From Candidatus Limnocylindrales bacterium (GTDB lineage: Bacteria; Actinomycetota; Actinomycetes; Mycobacteriales; Micromonosporaceae), in assembly GCA_036377915.1 (NCBI GenBank), contig DASUXL010000186.1, positions 3,168 through 67,167 of the forward strand: a stretch of DNA of 64,000 nt, written 5' to 3'. The position numbers were made by a program, and so were the translations under genes. A model generated the notes under the pieces. The model had not been told where the DNA came from, did no database searches, and was given only the letters and a program-made list of their open reading frames with translations. Below are positions 54,877 to 64,000 of this stretch, one piece after another. How positions within the stretch are numbered: the first letter of the stretch is position 1; every line of letters starts with the position of its first letter.

Positions 54877-56313
54877 ATGAGACGGAAGACACCGATAGTC
54901 ATCGTGGCGCTGGCGTTGGCACTGGCCGGATGTAGCAAGGCGTCGGACCGGTCAGACGGGGGCAACGACGCGCCGGGGCTGCCCGGCAGGCCCCAGGCCA
55001 CCACGGACACCAGCGAGGACAACGCTTCCACGTTCGCCCTCGACGTGGACACGGCCTCCTACACCTACGCGGCAAGGCGTATCAACGACGGCTCAGCGCC
55101 TGAGGCGAGGTCGATCCGGCCCGAGGAGTTCATAAACTACTTCAATTATCGGTACCCACAACCGGGCGGCAACGGCTTCACCGTCAATGTGGACGGTGCC
55201 CACCTGCCCGGCGTGCACAAAGCTTCGCCGGACATGCGGCTGGTCCGGGTCGGGCTGCAGACCCGCGCCGAGGACGAGGAACAGCGGCGCGACGCATCTT
55301 TGACGTTCGTCATCGACGTCTCGGGATCCATGGCAGAACGGGGGCGGCTCGACCTGGTCCAGGATGCACTGCATTACCTGGTGGATCAGTTGCGGCCGGC
55401 GGACTCCGTGGCGATCGTGGCGTTCAACGACAAGGCGCAGGTGCTCCGCGAGATGACCCGCGTCGGCGACAAGGAACGGCTGCACAGCGCGGTCGACCAG
55501 CTTGAGTCCGGCGGCAGCACCAACCTCGGCGACGGCATCGTCACCGGCTACCGGGTCGCCCGGGACAGCTTCCGTCCAAACGCGAACAACCGCGTCATCC
55601 TGCTCTCCGACGGCCTGGCCAACACCGGCGACACCTCCGCCTCCTCGCTTCTGGAGAAGATCCGTGCCGAGGCGGACAAGGAGATCTCGCTCATGGGTGT
55701 GGGTGTCGGCAGCGACTACGGCGACAAGCTGATGGAGAAGCTGGCCGACCGTGGCGACGGCTTCGTGGTCTACATCTCCGAGCAGCGCCAGGCGCGTGAG
55801 GTGTTCGTGCGCAAGCTTCCGGCGAACCTGTCCGTGCGCGCTTACGACGCCAAGGCGCAGGTCATCTTCAACCGGTCCAACGTGGAGTCCTACCGTCTCG
55901 TGGGCTACGACAACCGGCAGCTGGCCGACGACCAGTTCCGTGACGACACCGTCGACGGGGGCGAGGTCGGGCCCGGTCACTCGGTCACCGCGCTGTACGT
56001 GGTGCACCTGCGCCCGTCCGCCGAGGGTGAGATCGCCAAGGTCCGGGTGCGCTGGCTCGACCCGCAGACCCGGGAGGCGACGGAGATCTCCCGGCCGGTC
56101 CAGGCCACTCAGCTGCGCGACGACTTCGACGACGCCGGCGCCGGTCTCAAGACCTGCTACACGGCGGCGTTCTTTGCCGAGTCGTTGCGGCGCAACGAGG
56201 CTCCCCCACTGCCCGACCTCGCCGTAATCATCGAGTCGGTCGGCGACGAGGTGAACGACCCCAAGGTCGACGAGCTCACGGCGCTGATCAACCGCGCCGA
56301 GCGGATGCGCTGA
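54877..56313 (+). CDS. vWA-domain lipoprotein (YfbK-like)
   Basis: Lipobox LAGC; STFALDVDTASY, EEFINYF.Y, MIDAS DVSGSM, LLSDG, GHSVTALY. Confidence 0.88.
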   Translation: MRRKTPIVIVALALALAGCSKASDRSDGGNDAPGLPGRPQATTDTSEDNASTFALDVDTASYTYAARRINDGSAPEARSIRPEEFINYFNYRYPQPGGNGFTVNVDGAHLPGVHKASPDMRLVRVGLQTRAEDEEQRRDASLTFVIDVSGSMAERGRLDLVQDALHYLVDQLRPADSVAIVAFNDKAQVLREMTRVGDKERLHSAVDQLESGGSTNLGDGIVTGYRVARDSFRPNANNRVILLSDGLANTGDTSASSLLEKIRAEADKEISLMGVGVGSDYGDKLMEKLADRGDGFVVYISEQRQAREVFVRKLPANLSVRAYDAKAQVIFNRSNVESYRLVGYDNRQLADDQFRDDTVDGGEVGPGHSVTALYVVHLRPSAEGEIAKVRVRWLDPQTREATEISRPVQATQLRDDFDDAGAGLKTCYTAAFFAESLRRNEAPPLPDLAVIIESVGDEVNDPKVDELTALINRAERMR

Positions 56314-56320
56314 GACGATT

Positions 56321-56353
56321 CGGGGCCCGCAGCGGCGTGCGCTGCGGGCCCCG
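56321..56353. terminator. Bidirectional terminator hairpin
   Basis: 14-bp perfect stem cggggcccgcagcg/cgctgcgggccccg between convergent genes. Confidence 0.8.
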
Positions 56354-56365
56354 GTGAACCTCGCC

Positions 56366-56815
56366 CTACTTGGCGGCGACGACGTTCAGGTTGAACTTCG
56401 CCACGACCTCCGGGTGCAGCTTGACCTGCAGCTGGTACCCCCCGGTGGTCTTGATCGGGCCCGGGAGCTCGACCTTTCGCTTGTCCAGCACCGGACCGCC
56501 GGCCGACTTCACGGCGTCGACGATCTCGGTGGCCGTGACCGAGCCGAACAGGCGGCCACCCTGGCCGGCGCGCGCCGACAGCGTGACCTTCAGGCCCTCG
56601 AGCTTGGCCTTGACCTCGTTGGCGTGGCCGAGGTCGCGGATCTCACGGGACGCACGCGCCCGCTTGATCGTGTCGACCTGCTTCTCCGCGCCCTTTGTCC
56701 AGGCGATGGCGAACCCTTGCGGCAGGAGGTAATTGCGGCCGTAGCCGTCCTTGACCTCGACGATGTCGCCGGGGGCACCGAGGTTGGGCACCTCGTTGGT
56801 CAGAATGATCTTCAT
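56366..56815 (-). CDS. rplI: 50S ribosomal protein L9
   Basis: [27 protein letters not shown]. Confidence 0.97.
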   Translation of the reverse strand: MKIILTNEVPNLGAPGDIVEVKDGYGRNYLLPQGFAIAWTKGAEKQVDTIKRARASREIRDLGHANEVKAKLEGLKVTLSARAGQGGRLFGSVTATEIVDAVKSAGGPVLDKRKVELPGPIKTTGGYQLQVKLHPEVVAKFNLNVVAAK

Positions 56816-56829
56816 CGGTGTGCCCCCTC

Positions 56830-57069
56830 TCAGCGGCCGGTGGTCGTGTACGGCAGGAGCGCCATCTCGCGGGCGTTCTTGACCGCACGGGCGATCTGCC
56901 GCTGCTGCTGCGTGGTCACGCCGGTCACCCGCCGAGCGCGGATCTTGCCGCGGTCGGAGATGAACTTGCGCAGCAGCGCGGTGTCCTTGTAGTCGATGTA
57001 GCCAATCCCCTCCTTCTCAAGGGGATTCACCTTCTTCTTCGGTTTGCGCAGGGCCGGAGCCTTTGCCAT
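56830..57069 (-). CDS. rpsR: 30S ribosomal protein S18 (no Cys)
   Basis: [35 protein letters not shown]. Confidence 0.97.
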   Translation of the reverse strand: MAKAPALRKPKKKVNPLEKEGIGYIDYKDTALLRKFISDRGKIRARRVTGVTTQQQRQIARAVKNAREMALLPYTTTGR

Positions 57070-57091
57070 TGCTATCTACCTCAACGTTTTT

Positions 57092-57628
57092 CTAGAAAGG
57101 TGGTTCTTCGTCGAAATTGGAGCCACTCCCACCACCCGGGCCGCCGACCGGAGCCGCGGTCGCCCACGGGTCATCCCCGTAGCCGCCGCCACCGCCACCG
57201 CCGGAGCTGGCACCCTGGTTGGGCGCGTTGCCGCCGGAGCCGAAGCCACCGCCACCGCCGGAGCGCGACATCTTCTGCACCTTTGCCGTCGCATAGCGCA
57301 GCGAAGGGCCGATCTCGTCCACCTCCAGCTCGATGACCGTGCGCTTCTCACCCTCGCGGGTCTCGTACGACCGCTGCTTGAGCCGGCCCGAGACGATCAC
57401 GCGGGCGCCGCGCTGGAGCGACTCCGCGACGTTTTCCGCCGCCTGCCGCCACACGGTGCAGGAAAGGAACAGCGGCTCGCCGTCCTTCCACTCGCCGGAG
57501 GTGCGGTCCAGCGTCCGTGGGGTCGAGGCCACGCGAAACTTCGCGACCGCGGCACCCGAGGGGGTGAAGCGCAGCTCTGGGTCGTCGGTCAGGTTGCCCA
57601 CGACCGTGATTACGGTTTCTCCAGCCAT
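57092..57628 (-). CDS. ssb: Single-stranded DNA-binding protein
   Basis: [15 protein letters not shown], Gly-rich tail, DEEPPF. Confidence 0.97.
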   Translation of the reverse strand: MAGETVITVVGNLTDDPELRFTPSGAAVAKFRVASTPRTLDRTSGEWKDGEPLFLSCTVWRQAAENVAESLQRGARVIVSGRLKQRSYETREGEKRTVIELEVDEIGPSLRYATAKVQKMSRSGGGGGFGSGGNAPNQGASSGGGGGGGYGDDPWATAAPVGGPGGGSGSNFDEEPPF

Positions 57629-57719
57629 GATCTACTCCTCGGACCTTCACCAATGTCGCCCAACTTTCCCATAGGGATGCGACACAAATGCCGGAAGCTG
57701 GTGGGTGTGTGGCGGGACG

Positions 57720-58010
57720 TCAGCGGACGTCCGGACGGATGACCTTGGTCCGCAGCACCGACTCGTTCAGCTTGAGCTGGCGGTCCAGCTCGGCCACTGC
57801 CGCAGGCGTGGCCTGCAGATCGATGACGGCGTAGATGCCCTCGGCCTTCTTGTTGATCTCGAATGAGAGCCGGCGACGGCCCCACACGTCGAGCTTTTCG
57901 ACCGAACCACCCGACGTCCGGATCACGTTGAGATACGTGTCGAGCGACGGGGCAACGGTGCGCTCCTCGAGACTGGGGTCGAGGATCACCATAACTTCGT
58001 AATGACGCAA
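57720..58010 (-). CDS. rpsF: 30S ribosomal protein S6 (TTG start)
   Basis: [18 protein letters not shown]...I.K. Confidence 0.97.
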   Translation of the reverse strand: MRHYEVMVILDPSLEERTVAPSLDTYLNVIRTSGGSVEKLDVWGRRRLSFEINKKAEGIYAVIDLQATPAAVAELDRQLKLNESVLRTKVIRPDVR

Positions 58011-58019
58011 GACTTTCTC

Positions 58020-58064
58020 ACCTCCTGTGGGCTATGCGGCCACGGTCTTTCCGTGGCAGGAGGT
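58020..58064 (-). promoter_or_regulatory. S6:S18-binding autoregulatory mRNA leader
   Basis: Minus strand acctcctg-ccacgg-aaaga-ccgtgg-CCG...caggaggt: stem sequesters the SD, with the conserved CCG internal loop. Confidence 0.75.
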
Positions 58065-58139
58065 CTGGCGTCGATTCCAGATGCCCACGCTCCCGGTGGG
58101 GAGCACAAGCCGGTCCATAGTACAGGCTGCGAAGAACGC

Positions 58140-58229
58140 AAAACCGCGGAGCGCTCTTTTTCCGACTGCTGGGTGGGACCTGGGGAGGAACGACCACACC
58201 GACGAGGTTGGAAGAGAAACGCTCCGCGG
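58140..58229 (-). terminator. Long irregular hairpin with U-tract (terminator, possibly a 3'-derived sRNA)
   Basis: ccgcggagcg/cgctccgcgg basal stem extended by tctcttccaac/gtcggaaaaaga, followed by TTTT on the minus strand. Confidence 0.65.
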
Positions 58230-58244
58230 AGACTATGGTTTTGT

Positions 58245-59060
58245 CTAGGCGAACTCTGCCCGAGTTGCCCGCTGTGTGATGATAGCGCGAATAGCACCAA
58301 CTGACACGCCTACGACACAGACTGTCGCAATAATTGCCAAAAGCCCTATCGGTCCCTTATCTACCGGACCGGTGCTTCCCGCGAGCTTCTGCCCCTGTGG
58401 GCTTCGACCAGCGTGAACCACGGTTGCCGGCGATTCCAGGTTAACTCCCGCCGACGGATCCACGCCAGGCACAGCGGGCTCCGAGAACAAAGGATCACCC
58501 GGTGCGGGCGGGACCGGAGGCGAGCCATCCTGCCCACCCCGGGCGGACCCGGCCGCCGCGGCCGCACCCGCCGCCGAAGGCTTGGACGGGCTCGGGCGGG
58601 GCGCGGCCGCCGCCGAGGTGCTGCGCGCCGGAGCCGGCGCAGCCGCGGCGGGGGTGGAGACCTCCACCGTGAGCTGCTCGAACTTCGGGTTGAGGTTGAG
58701 CGCGCAGTCCGGGACCATGCCGATCGCCACCGGGCCCCGGTGGAACTGCACCTCAACGGTCTCGCCGTTGGCCACCGTCGAGTTGGCCGAACCGTCGATG
58801 TTGAGCGTGGCGTTCAGACCAAGGTTATTGGTCAGCCGTACCCTCTGCTCGGCCGGAACGGTGATCCGGGAAGTGTCCGGCTTTGACCCGCACAGCAGCA
58901 GGCCCAGACCGCCGCCACTGAACGTGACGCTCGCCGGGTCGGTCGCCGAGGCGGGCAGCGCCGCAAGCGGCAGCCCCACGAGGGCGCCGAGCGCGGCGAC
59001 AGTGGCCAGGCGGCGCAGGGTTCGAGCCGGACCGGTTCCGGACGGACGTGTGGACGACAT
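58245..59060 (-). CDS. Secreted protein with Pro/Ala linker and C-terminal TM anchor
   Basis: Signal peptide (...ALPASA), small beta domain with 2 Cys, GLLAIIATVCVVGVSVGAI. Confidence 0.7.
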   Translation of the reverse strand: MSSTRPSGTGPARTLRRLATVAALGALVGLPLAALPASATDPASVTFSGGGLGLLLCGSKPDTSRITVPAEQRVRLTNNLGLNATLNIDGSANSTVANGETVEVQFHRGPVAIGMVPDCALNLNPKFEQLTVEVSTPAAAAPAPARSTSAAAAPRPSPSKPSAAGAAAAAGSARGGQDGSPPVPPAPGDPLFSEPAVPGVDPSAGVNLESPATVVHAGRSPQGQKLAGSTGPVDKGPIGLLAIIATVCVVGVSVGAIRAIITQRATRAEFA

Positions 59061-59145
59061 TCAATACTCCCAAACTCTTCGTGGAAGTGGTTGAGGCGCG
59101 CTGGGAGACGCGGCACTTTGTTCAACGGAGTACTACGCTGGCGAG

Positions 59146-59958
59146 ATGCGCATCGGAGCACACGTCGAGTCGGGCGACCCACTGGCCGAGGCAGCGGCAC
59201 GCAAAGCCGATGTCGTGCAGTTCTTCCTCACCGACCCGCAGGGATTCAAGGCGCCCAAGCCACGCGAGGACGCCAAAGAGCTTCTCGCCAGCGACGTCCA
59301 GATCTTCATTCACTCGCCCTATCTGGTGAACGTCGCGACCACGAACAACCGGGTGCGCATCCCGAGCCGCAAGCTCATGCAGCAGCATGCGGAGGCGGCC
59401 GCGGCGATCGGCGCCACCGGCCTGATCGTGCACGGCGGCCACCTCGACGACGGCGAGGACCTCGCGATCGGCATAGACAACTGGCGCAAGGCCCTCCAGC
59501 AGCACAAGGACACCGGGGTCCAGATCCTGATCGAGAACACGGCCGGCGGAAACAACGCGGTGGTACGGCGCTTCGAGGATCTGGCCCGCCTGTGGGACGT
59601 GGTGGGGGAGTTCGGTGTGGGCTTCTGCCTCGACACCTGCCACGCCTACGCGGGCGGCGAGGAGCTGCTCAACATCGTGGACAGGGTCAAGGCGATCACC
59701 GGGCGGATCGATCTGGTGCATGCGAATGGTTCTCGGGATCCATTCGACTCCAGGCGCGACAGGCATGACAATTTAATCCCCGCCCACCGTCCCCCCAACC
59801 CACAACCCCAACTTCTAGGCAAGGACGAGCCCGGGATGATCGATCCCAAGCTGGTTGCCGCCGTGGTGCGCGCCGCGGAGGCGCCCGCGGTGGTCGAGAC
59901 TCCCGGCGGTGCCGAAGGCCAAGCCGCTGACATCGCCTATCTGCGCGAAAACCTGTGA
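59146..59958 (+). CDS. nfo: Endonuclease IV
   Basis: IGAHV, HSPYLVN, VHGG, ENTAG, CLDTCH, HAN.S, DRH, VETP. Confidence 0.9.
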   Translation: MRIGAHVESGDPLAEAAARKADVVQFFLTDPQGFKAPKPREDAKELLASDVQIFIHSPYLVNVATTNNRVRIPSRKLMQQHAEAAAAIGATGLIVHGGHLDDGEDLAIGIDNWRKALQQHKDTGVQILIENTAGGNNAVVRRFEDLARLWDVVGEFGVGFCLDTCHAYAGGEELLNIVDRVKAITGRIDLVHANGSRDPFDSRRDRHDNLIPAHRPPNPQPQLLGKDEPGMIDPKLVAAVVRAAEAPAVVETPGGAEGQAADIAYLRENL

Positions 59959-59964
59959 GGGCCC

Positions 59965-61938
59965 GTGACCGCCGTAGCAAAAGACGAAGACCCGAAAAAG
60001 CCCGGCCCCGAGGTCGAGTCAGACGTCAAGGTTGACTCGGAGGAGTCCAAGGTAGGGGAGTCCGGGGCGGAGGGGTCCGGGGCAGTGATCATCGCCCAGC
60101 GGGAGCCTGAAACCGACGACGACGGCGCGGAGCGCGAGCCCGACGACGCGTTTGCGAAGTTTGCCCCGGCGGGGGAGGAGGTCCCCACCCGGTGGACCCG
60201 CTACCGGCTCATGGTCGGCGGGTTCTTCGCCCACGAGTGGACCCTGGCCGCGCTCGCCTCACTCGCCCTCGCCGCGATCATGACCTGGCCGACGCTGAAG
60301 TACCCGGCCTACACGATCCCGCAGGACGTCTGGGACCCGACGCTTGAGGCCTGGATGATGTCGTGGGCGGGCCACGCCGTGCTCACCGACATCTCCCAGC
60401 TGTGGAACGCCAACAGCTTCTTCCCCGAGCAGCTGAGCTACGCCTTCACCGACACCCTGCTGGGCTACTTCCCCGCCGGCATGGTCGGCACCGGCTTCAC
60501 GGCCGCGCTGGTCCGCTACAACATCATTTATGTCCTGCTGCACGCGCTCGCCTTCTTCGGCGCCTACGTGCTGGCGCGGCAGCTGGGCGCGGGCAAGACC
60601 GGCGCGGCGGTCGCCGGTGCCGCCTTCGCTTACGCGCCATGGCGCCTGGCCCAGGCCGGCCACATGCATGTGCTTTCCACCGGCGGGATAGCCCTGGCTT
60701 TGGCGATGCTCGCCCGGGGTCACGGTTTTTCACTGCTTCATGGGTACCGTCCCGAGAAGAAAAAACCGCTCTGGGCGCTCGCCGGATGGCTGGTTGCCGC
60801 GTGGCAGATCAGCCTCGGGTTCGGCATCGGGCTTCCGTTCGCGTACATCATGGCCGCGATCGTGGTGGTCAGCGCGATCATGCTGGCGGTCAAGCTGTTC
60901 CGGCAGGGACGCTACTCGTTCGGCGGCAAGCTTCTCATCGCCGACCTGTTCGGCGGGCTCACCTTCGCCGCGGTCGGGGTGCTGATGGCCCTGCCGTACC
61001 TGCGCGTCAAGGAGCTGCACCCGTATGCGGTGCGCAGCCCGGACGAGGTGGCGCTCTACTCGCCGCCCCTGCTCGGGTTCTTCGTGAGCCCGGCCGAGTC
61101 GGCGATCTGGGGCCAGTCGCACGCCGCCGCCCGCGAGTCACTGCCGTGGCATCCGGAGATGACGCTGCTGCCGGGATTTGTCCTTTATGGACTCGCCGCC
61201 GCCGGGCTGATCATGTCGATCTGGACCATCCGCCAGCGCATCCTGCTGTTCGCCGGCGTGGTACTCAGCGTGTTCCTGGCGATGGGCACCGCCGTCTTCA
61301 AGGGCGGCCGCCCCGGCTACATGACCCTCTACGACACCCTGCTGGGCTGGGAGGCGCTGCGGACCCCGGGCCGGCTGGTCATCTGGACCACGCTGCTGCT
61401 GGCGATACTCGCGGCCGGCGCGGTGAGCGCGCTCGTCAAGCAAGCCACCGAGGTCTCCGTCGAACGCGTGCCGGCGCGCCCGCATCCGCTGCTGCGCCTG
61501 GCGACGCTGATCCCGGTACTGCTGGTGCTCTTCGAAGGGCTGAACAACACGCCGCACCCGACCGTGCCCACCCCGCCGCCGTCGCTGGCACAGGTGAACG
61601 GGCCGCTGCTGGTGCTGCCGAGCGACCAGTTGCGCGACGAGCACGTGATGCTGTGGCTGACCGAGGACTTCAAGCCGATGGTCAACGGCGGCAGCGGGTT
61701 CACCCCTCAGCGCACCCAGGAGGTCCGGGAGGTCACCAAGACCTTCCCGGACGCGGCAAGCGTCACCCACCTCCGCGAAATGGGCGTCAAAACCGTTGTA
61801 GTGCTTAAGGATTACGTACGCGGAACGCCCTACGAGGGTGCGCTCACCGCGTCCGTCGACGGTCTTGACGTGAAGCGCGAGGAGAGGGAGGACGCCGTCA
61901 TCTTCATCCTCGGCGGCGAGTCCGGATCACCGTTGTAG
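59965..61938 (+). CDS. Large multi-TM protein, GT-C/YfhO-like
   Basis: GDP-like WDP, FFPE...AF.D, AFAYAPWR, LRTPGR, VNGGSGF; about 10 TMs. Confidence 0.65.
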   Translation: MTAVAKDEDPKKPGPEVESDVKVDSEESKVGESGAEGSGAVIIAQREPETDDDGAEREPDDAFAKFAPAGEEVPTRWTRYRLMVGGFFAHEWTLAALASLALAAIMTWPTLKYPAYTIPQDVWDPTLEAWMMSWAGHAVLTDISQLWNANSFFPEQLSYAFTDTLLGYFPAGMVGTGFTAALVRYNIIYVLLHALAFFGAYVLARQLGAGKTGAAVAGAAFAYAPWRLAQAGHMHVLSTGGIALALAMLARGHGFSLLHGYRPEKKKPLWALAGWLVAAWQISLGFGIGLPFAYIMAAIVVVSAIMLAVKLFRQGRYSFGGKLLIADLFGGLTFAAVGVLMALPYLRVKELHPYAVRSPDEVALYSPPLLGFFVSPAESAIWGQSHAAARESLPWHPEMTLLPGFVLYGLAAAGLIMSIWTIRQRILLFAGVVLSVFLAMGTAVFKGGRPGYMTLYDTLLGWEALRTPGRLVIWTTLLLAILAAGAVSALVKQATEVSVERVPARPHPLLRLATLIPVLLVLFEGLNNTPHPTVPTPPPSLAQVNGPLLVLPSDQLRDEHVMLWLTEDFKPMVNGGSGFTPQRTQEVREVTKTFPDAASVTHLREMGVKTVVVLKDYVRGTPYEGALTASVDGLDVKREEREDAVIFILGGESGSPL

Positions 61939-63314
61939 GTCGTGCGCACCACGTCCAGCTCCGGGCGCATGATCTCGCGCACGACCAGCGCCATGAGCAG
62001 CACCACCGAGGCCAGGCGCATGAACGAGGCGAACACGAAGGTGCCCTCCGGGATGACCTGCTGCCCGGAGGCGCCCATCAGCTCGGCGTAGAAGGCAAGG
62101 AAGTACCCCACCTCGGCCAGCTGCCAGAACAGGAACGCGCCCCACTTCGGCCGGGCCAGCACGATCAGCGGCAGCAGCCACAGGTTGAACTGCTGCGACC
62201 ACACCTTGCTGGTCACCAGGAACAGCGCGATGATCAGGAAGGCGAGCTGGGCGACGCGCGGCGTGACCGGCGCCCGCAACCCGAGCGCGAGGATGCCGAG
62301 GCAGCCCAGCGCGAACAGGACAAGCGCCAGGTTGGTCACGAGCGGGATGTCGCCGTAGAACGATGCCCCCGCGCTGCCGAAGTAGTCGGTGTCAAGGAAA
62401 CGCCCGATGTACCAGAGCGTGCCCCAGTCGATCGCCCGCTCCTGGTTCAGCTCCAGGAACCGAGACCAGTCCTTGTAACTGAGCGCCATCACGGGAACGT
62501 TGGCCACCAGCCACGCCCCGGCCGTACCCACGACCGCCAGCGCCATCGGCAGGTAGTCGCGGCGGCGGACCGTCACCACGATGATCGCCCCGAGCAGGAA
62601 AATCGGCCAGAGCTTCGCCGCTCCGCCCAGCCCCAGCATGATGCCGGCAAGCAGCGGGTGGCGGCGCGCCCAGAACCATATGCCCGCGACGGCGAGCACG
62701 ATTGCTAAGAAGTCCCAGTTGACGGTCGCGGTGACCAGCAGGGCGGGGGACAGGGCGAACATCGCCACGTCCCAAGGCCGTCTTCGTCGCAGCGAGAGCA
62801 TCATCGCCACGGACGCGACCGCGAACGCCATCAGGGCCAGGGCGGTGACGTCGTAGAAGGCCTGCCCCTGGTTCAACGTCGGGTTGCTGTTCTTGGCTAT
62901 GGAGTGGATGGGCAGGCCGATGACGCCCATCATCACGCCGGTCAGGACCGGGTACTCGACCTGGTGGTCGTCGGCGTCGGGAACGTAGGGCACCTTGCCC
63001 TCGGCGAGCCCCTCGAAGTAGTACAGGGCCAGCACGTCGGTGTAGCAGAACCGCTTGTACTGCTCCAGGTTCTCCCACGCCCCGTCGCGGCAGGGCGACT
63101 TCTGGATCCAGTGCAGCGCAAGGATCAGGCAGGTGAGCGCGAGGACGATGCGTGCGGCGGTCCAGAACCGTCCGCCCCGGCCCGAGGTCTCCGGCACCGA
63201 GTGCTCGCCGGGAGCCCCGCCGATCACCTCGCTCAGGCCACCGACGAAGGGATCCTCGCGCGCGGGCGAGACGACCCGCTCTCGTTCGCGCTTTAGCCGC
63301 TCACCAAGCTCCAT
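61830..63314 (-). CDS. GT87 (DUF2029-type) glycosyltransferase
   Basis: CYTDV..LY, VEYPVLTG, NWD, AAKLWP, KVWSQQF.LWL; start trimmed to MELGERL. Confidence 0.85.
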   Translation of the reverse strand: MELGERLKRERERVVSPAREDPFVGGLSEVIGGAPGEHSVPETSGRGGRFWTAARIVLALTCLILALHWIQKSPCRDGAWENLEQYKRFCYTDVLALYYFEGLAEGKVPYVPDADDHQVEYPVLTGVMMGVIGLPIHSIAKNSNPTLNQGQAFYDVTALALMAFAVASVAMMLSLRRRRPWDVAMFALSPALLVTATVNWDFLAIVLAVAGIWFWARRHPLLAGIMLGLGGAAKLWPIFLLGAIIVVTVRRRDYLPMALAVVGTAGAWLVANVPVMALSYKDWSRFLELNQERAIDWGTLWYIGRFLDTDYFGSAGASFYGDIPLVTNLALVLFALGCLGILALGLRAPVTPRVAQLAFLIIALFLVTSKVWSQQFNLWLLPLIVLARPKWGAFLFWQLAEVGYFLAFYAELMGASGQQVIPEGTFVFASFMRLASVVLLMALVVREIMRPELDVVRTTYNGDPDSPPRMKMTASSLSSRFTSRPSTDAVSAPS

Positions 63315-63325
63315 AGACCGACATC

Positions 63326-64000
63326 CTAAGGCCGCCTGGTAGGAGAGGCGGAAGGCGTCGGAGTCCTTGACGCGCTCGGTGTCGGGCTCGGGCTCGGGGA
63401 AGGGGAAGGCGACGGCGTGGGCGAGACCGAAGGGGTGGGGGAGATGCCCGTCCCGCGCTCGACGTCGCCGAGCGTGCCGCCCGACCCGGTCGCGAGCTTG
63501 GTCGGTGGCAGCTTGAGCTCGCGGTGCGCGGTGTCCATCACCCGCTTCCACATGCTCTTCGGGAAACCCGAACCCATCGGGGAGCCCTGCGCCGTCTTGA
63601 GCGGTGTGGTGTTGATGTCCTTGCTGCCCACCCAGATCGTCGTCGCGATCTGCGTGGTGTAGCCGGTGAACCAGACGTGCCCGCTCTGCTTCTTGTCGAT
63701 GGCGTTCTCCCACGTGCCCGTCTTGCCGGCGGACTCGCGCCCGGTACCCTCGACCGCCTCGGTGCCCGGGATCCGCTTGAGCACCGAGGTCACCTCGTCG
63801 GCGACGGCGGCCGGCATCGCGACGACGCCGTTGAGCTTCTCGTCGCCGATCGAGAGGTGCTCCCACTTGCCGGTCTTGCGGTTCTGGCGCTCGACCTTCA
63901 TCACGAAGTGGGCCTGGTGCCGCACGCCGTGGTTGGCGATGGTGGCGGTGCCCGCGGCATGGTCGAACACCGTGATCGGGTACTGGCCCATGCCCACCCA
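63326..64000 (-). CDS. Penicillin-binding protein, C-terminal part (5' end beyond window)
   Basis: Transpeptidase KTG motif (SAGKTGT), WFTGYT......WVG, Pro/Ser tail. Confidence 0.85.
   Translation of the reverse strand, partial: WVGMGQYPITVFDHAAGTATIANHGVRHQAHFVMKVERQNRKTGKWEHLSIGDEKLNGVVAMPAAVADEVTSVLKRIPGTEAVEGTGRESAGKTGTWENAIDKKQSGHVWFTGYTTQIATTIWVGSKDINTTPLKTAQGSPMGSGFPKSMWKRVMDTAHRELKLPPTKLATGSGGTLGDVERGTGISPTPSVSPTPSPSPSPSPSPTPSASRTPTPSASPTRRP

Noticed and set aside
57629-57719. PafBC/RecA-NDp-type internal promoter for ssb (TGTCGC-N10-GAAAGT on the minus strand)
   Set aside because: Both elements deviate from TGTCGG-N10-TANNNT; too weak to call
63315-63866. N-terminal extension of the 678-aa ORF suggesting a PBP-GT87 fusion
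   Set aside because: The extension is an alternate frame of the PBP gene, which has its own stop at 63326; the GT87 plausibly starts at 63314

Overview
High-GC actinobacterial chromosome segment. Gene order and protein style suggest Micromonosporaceae (inference). It is mostly core genome near the origin side: dnaK-grpE-dnaJ with a perfect HAIR operator, a tandem GTPase pair, a 2-oxoacid dehydrogenase operon, LCP/GT87 envelope genes, pheA, serS, the proteasome activator bpa (PafE), a split molybdopterin pathway, an EndoQ-UvrD fusion, a membrane GGDEF-EAL protein, two crcB, dnaB with two endonuclease-bearing inteins, a cluster of about 10 DnaA boxes, rpsF-ssb-rpsR-rplI, nfo and a partial PBP. 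No rRNA, tRNA, CRISPR or transposase was seen. Top lead: a YbjN/T3SS-chaperone-like protein 4 kb from bpa ends in the same proteasome-docking tail, GQYL, and both genes are followed by the same 20-nt hairpin, making it a candidate new proteasome adaptor or activator. Other leads are a family of intergenic long hairpins with compensatory substitutions, a 7-codon Trp-rich uORF (MRQWEWK) plus a BldD-type box upstream of the c-di-GMP enzyme, and a Cys-rich insert in a class 3 DnaB intein. All calls come from reading motifs by eye; no database searches were run.
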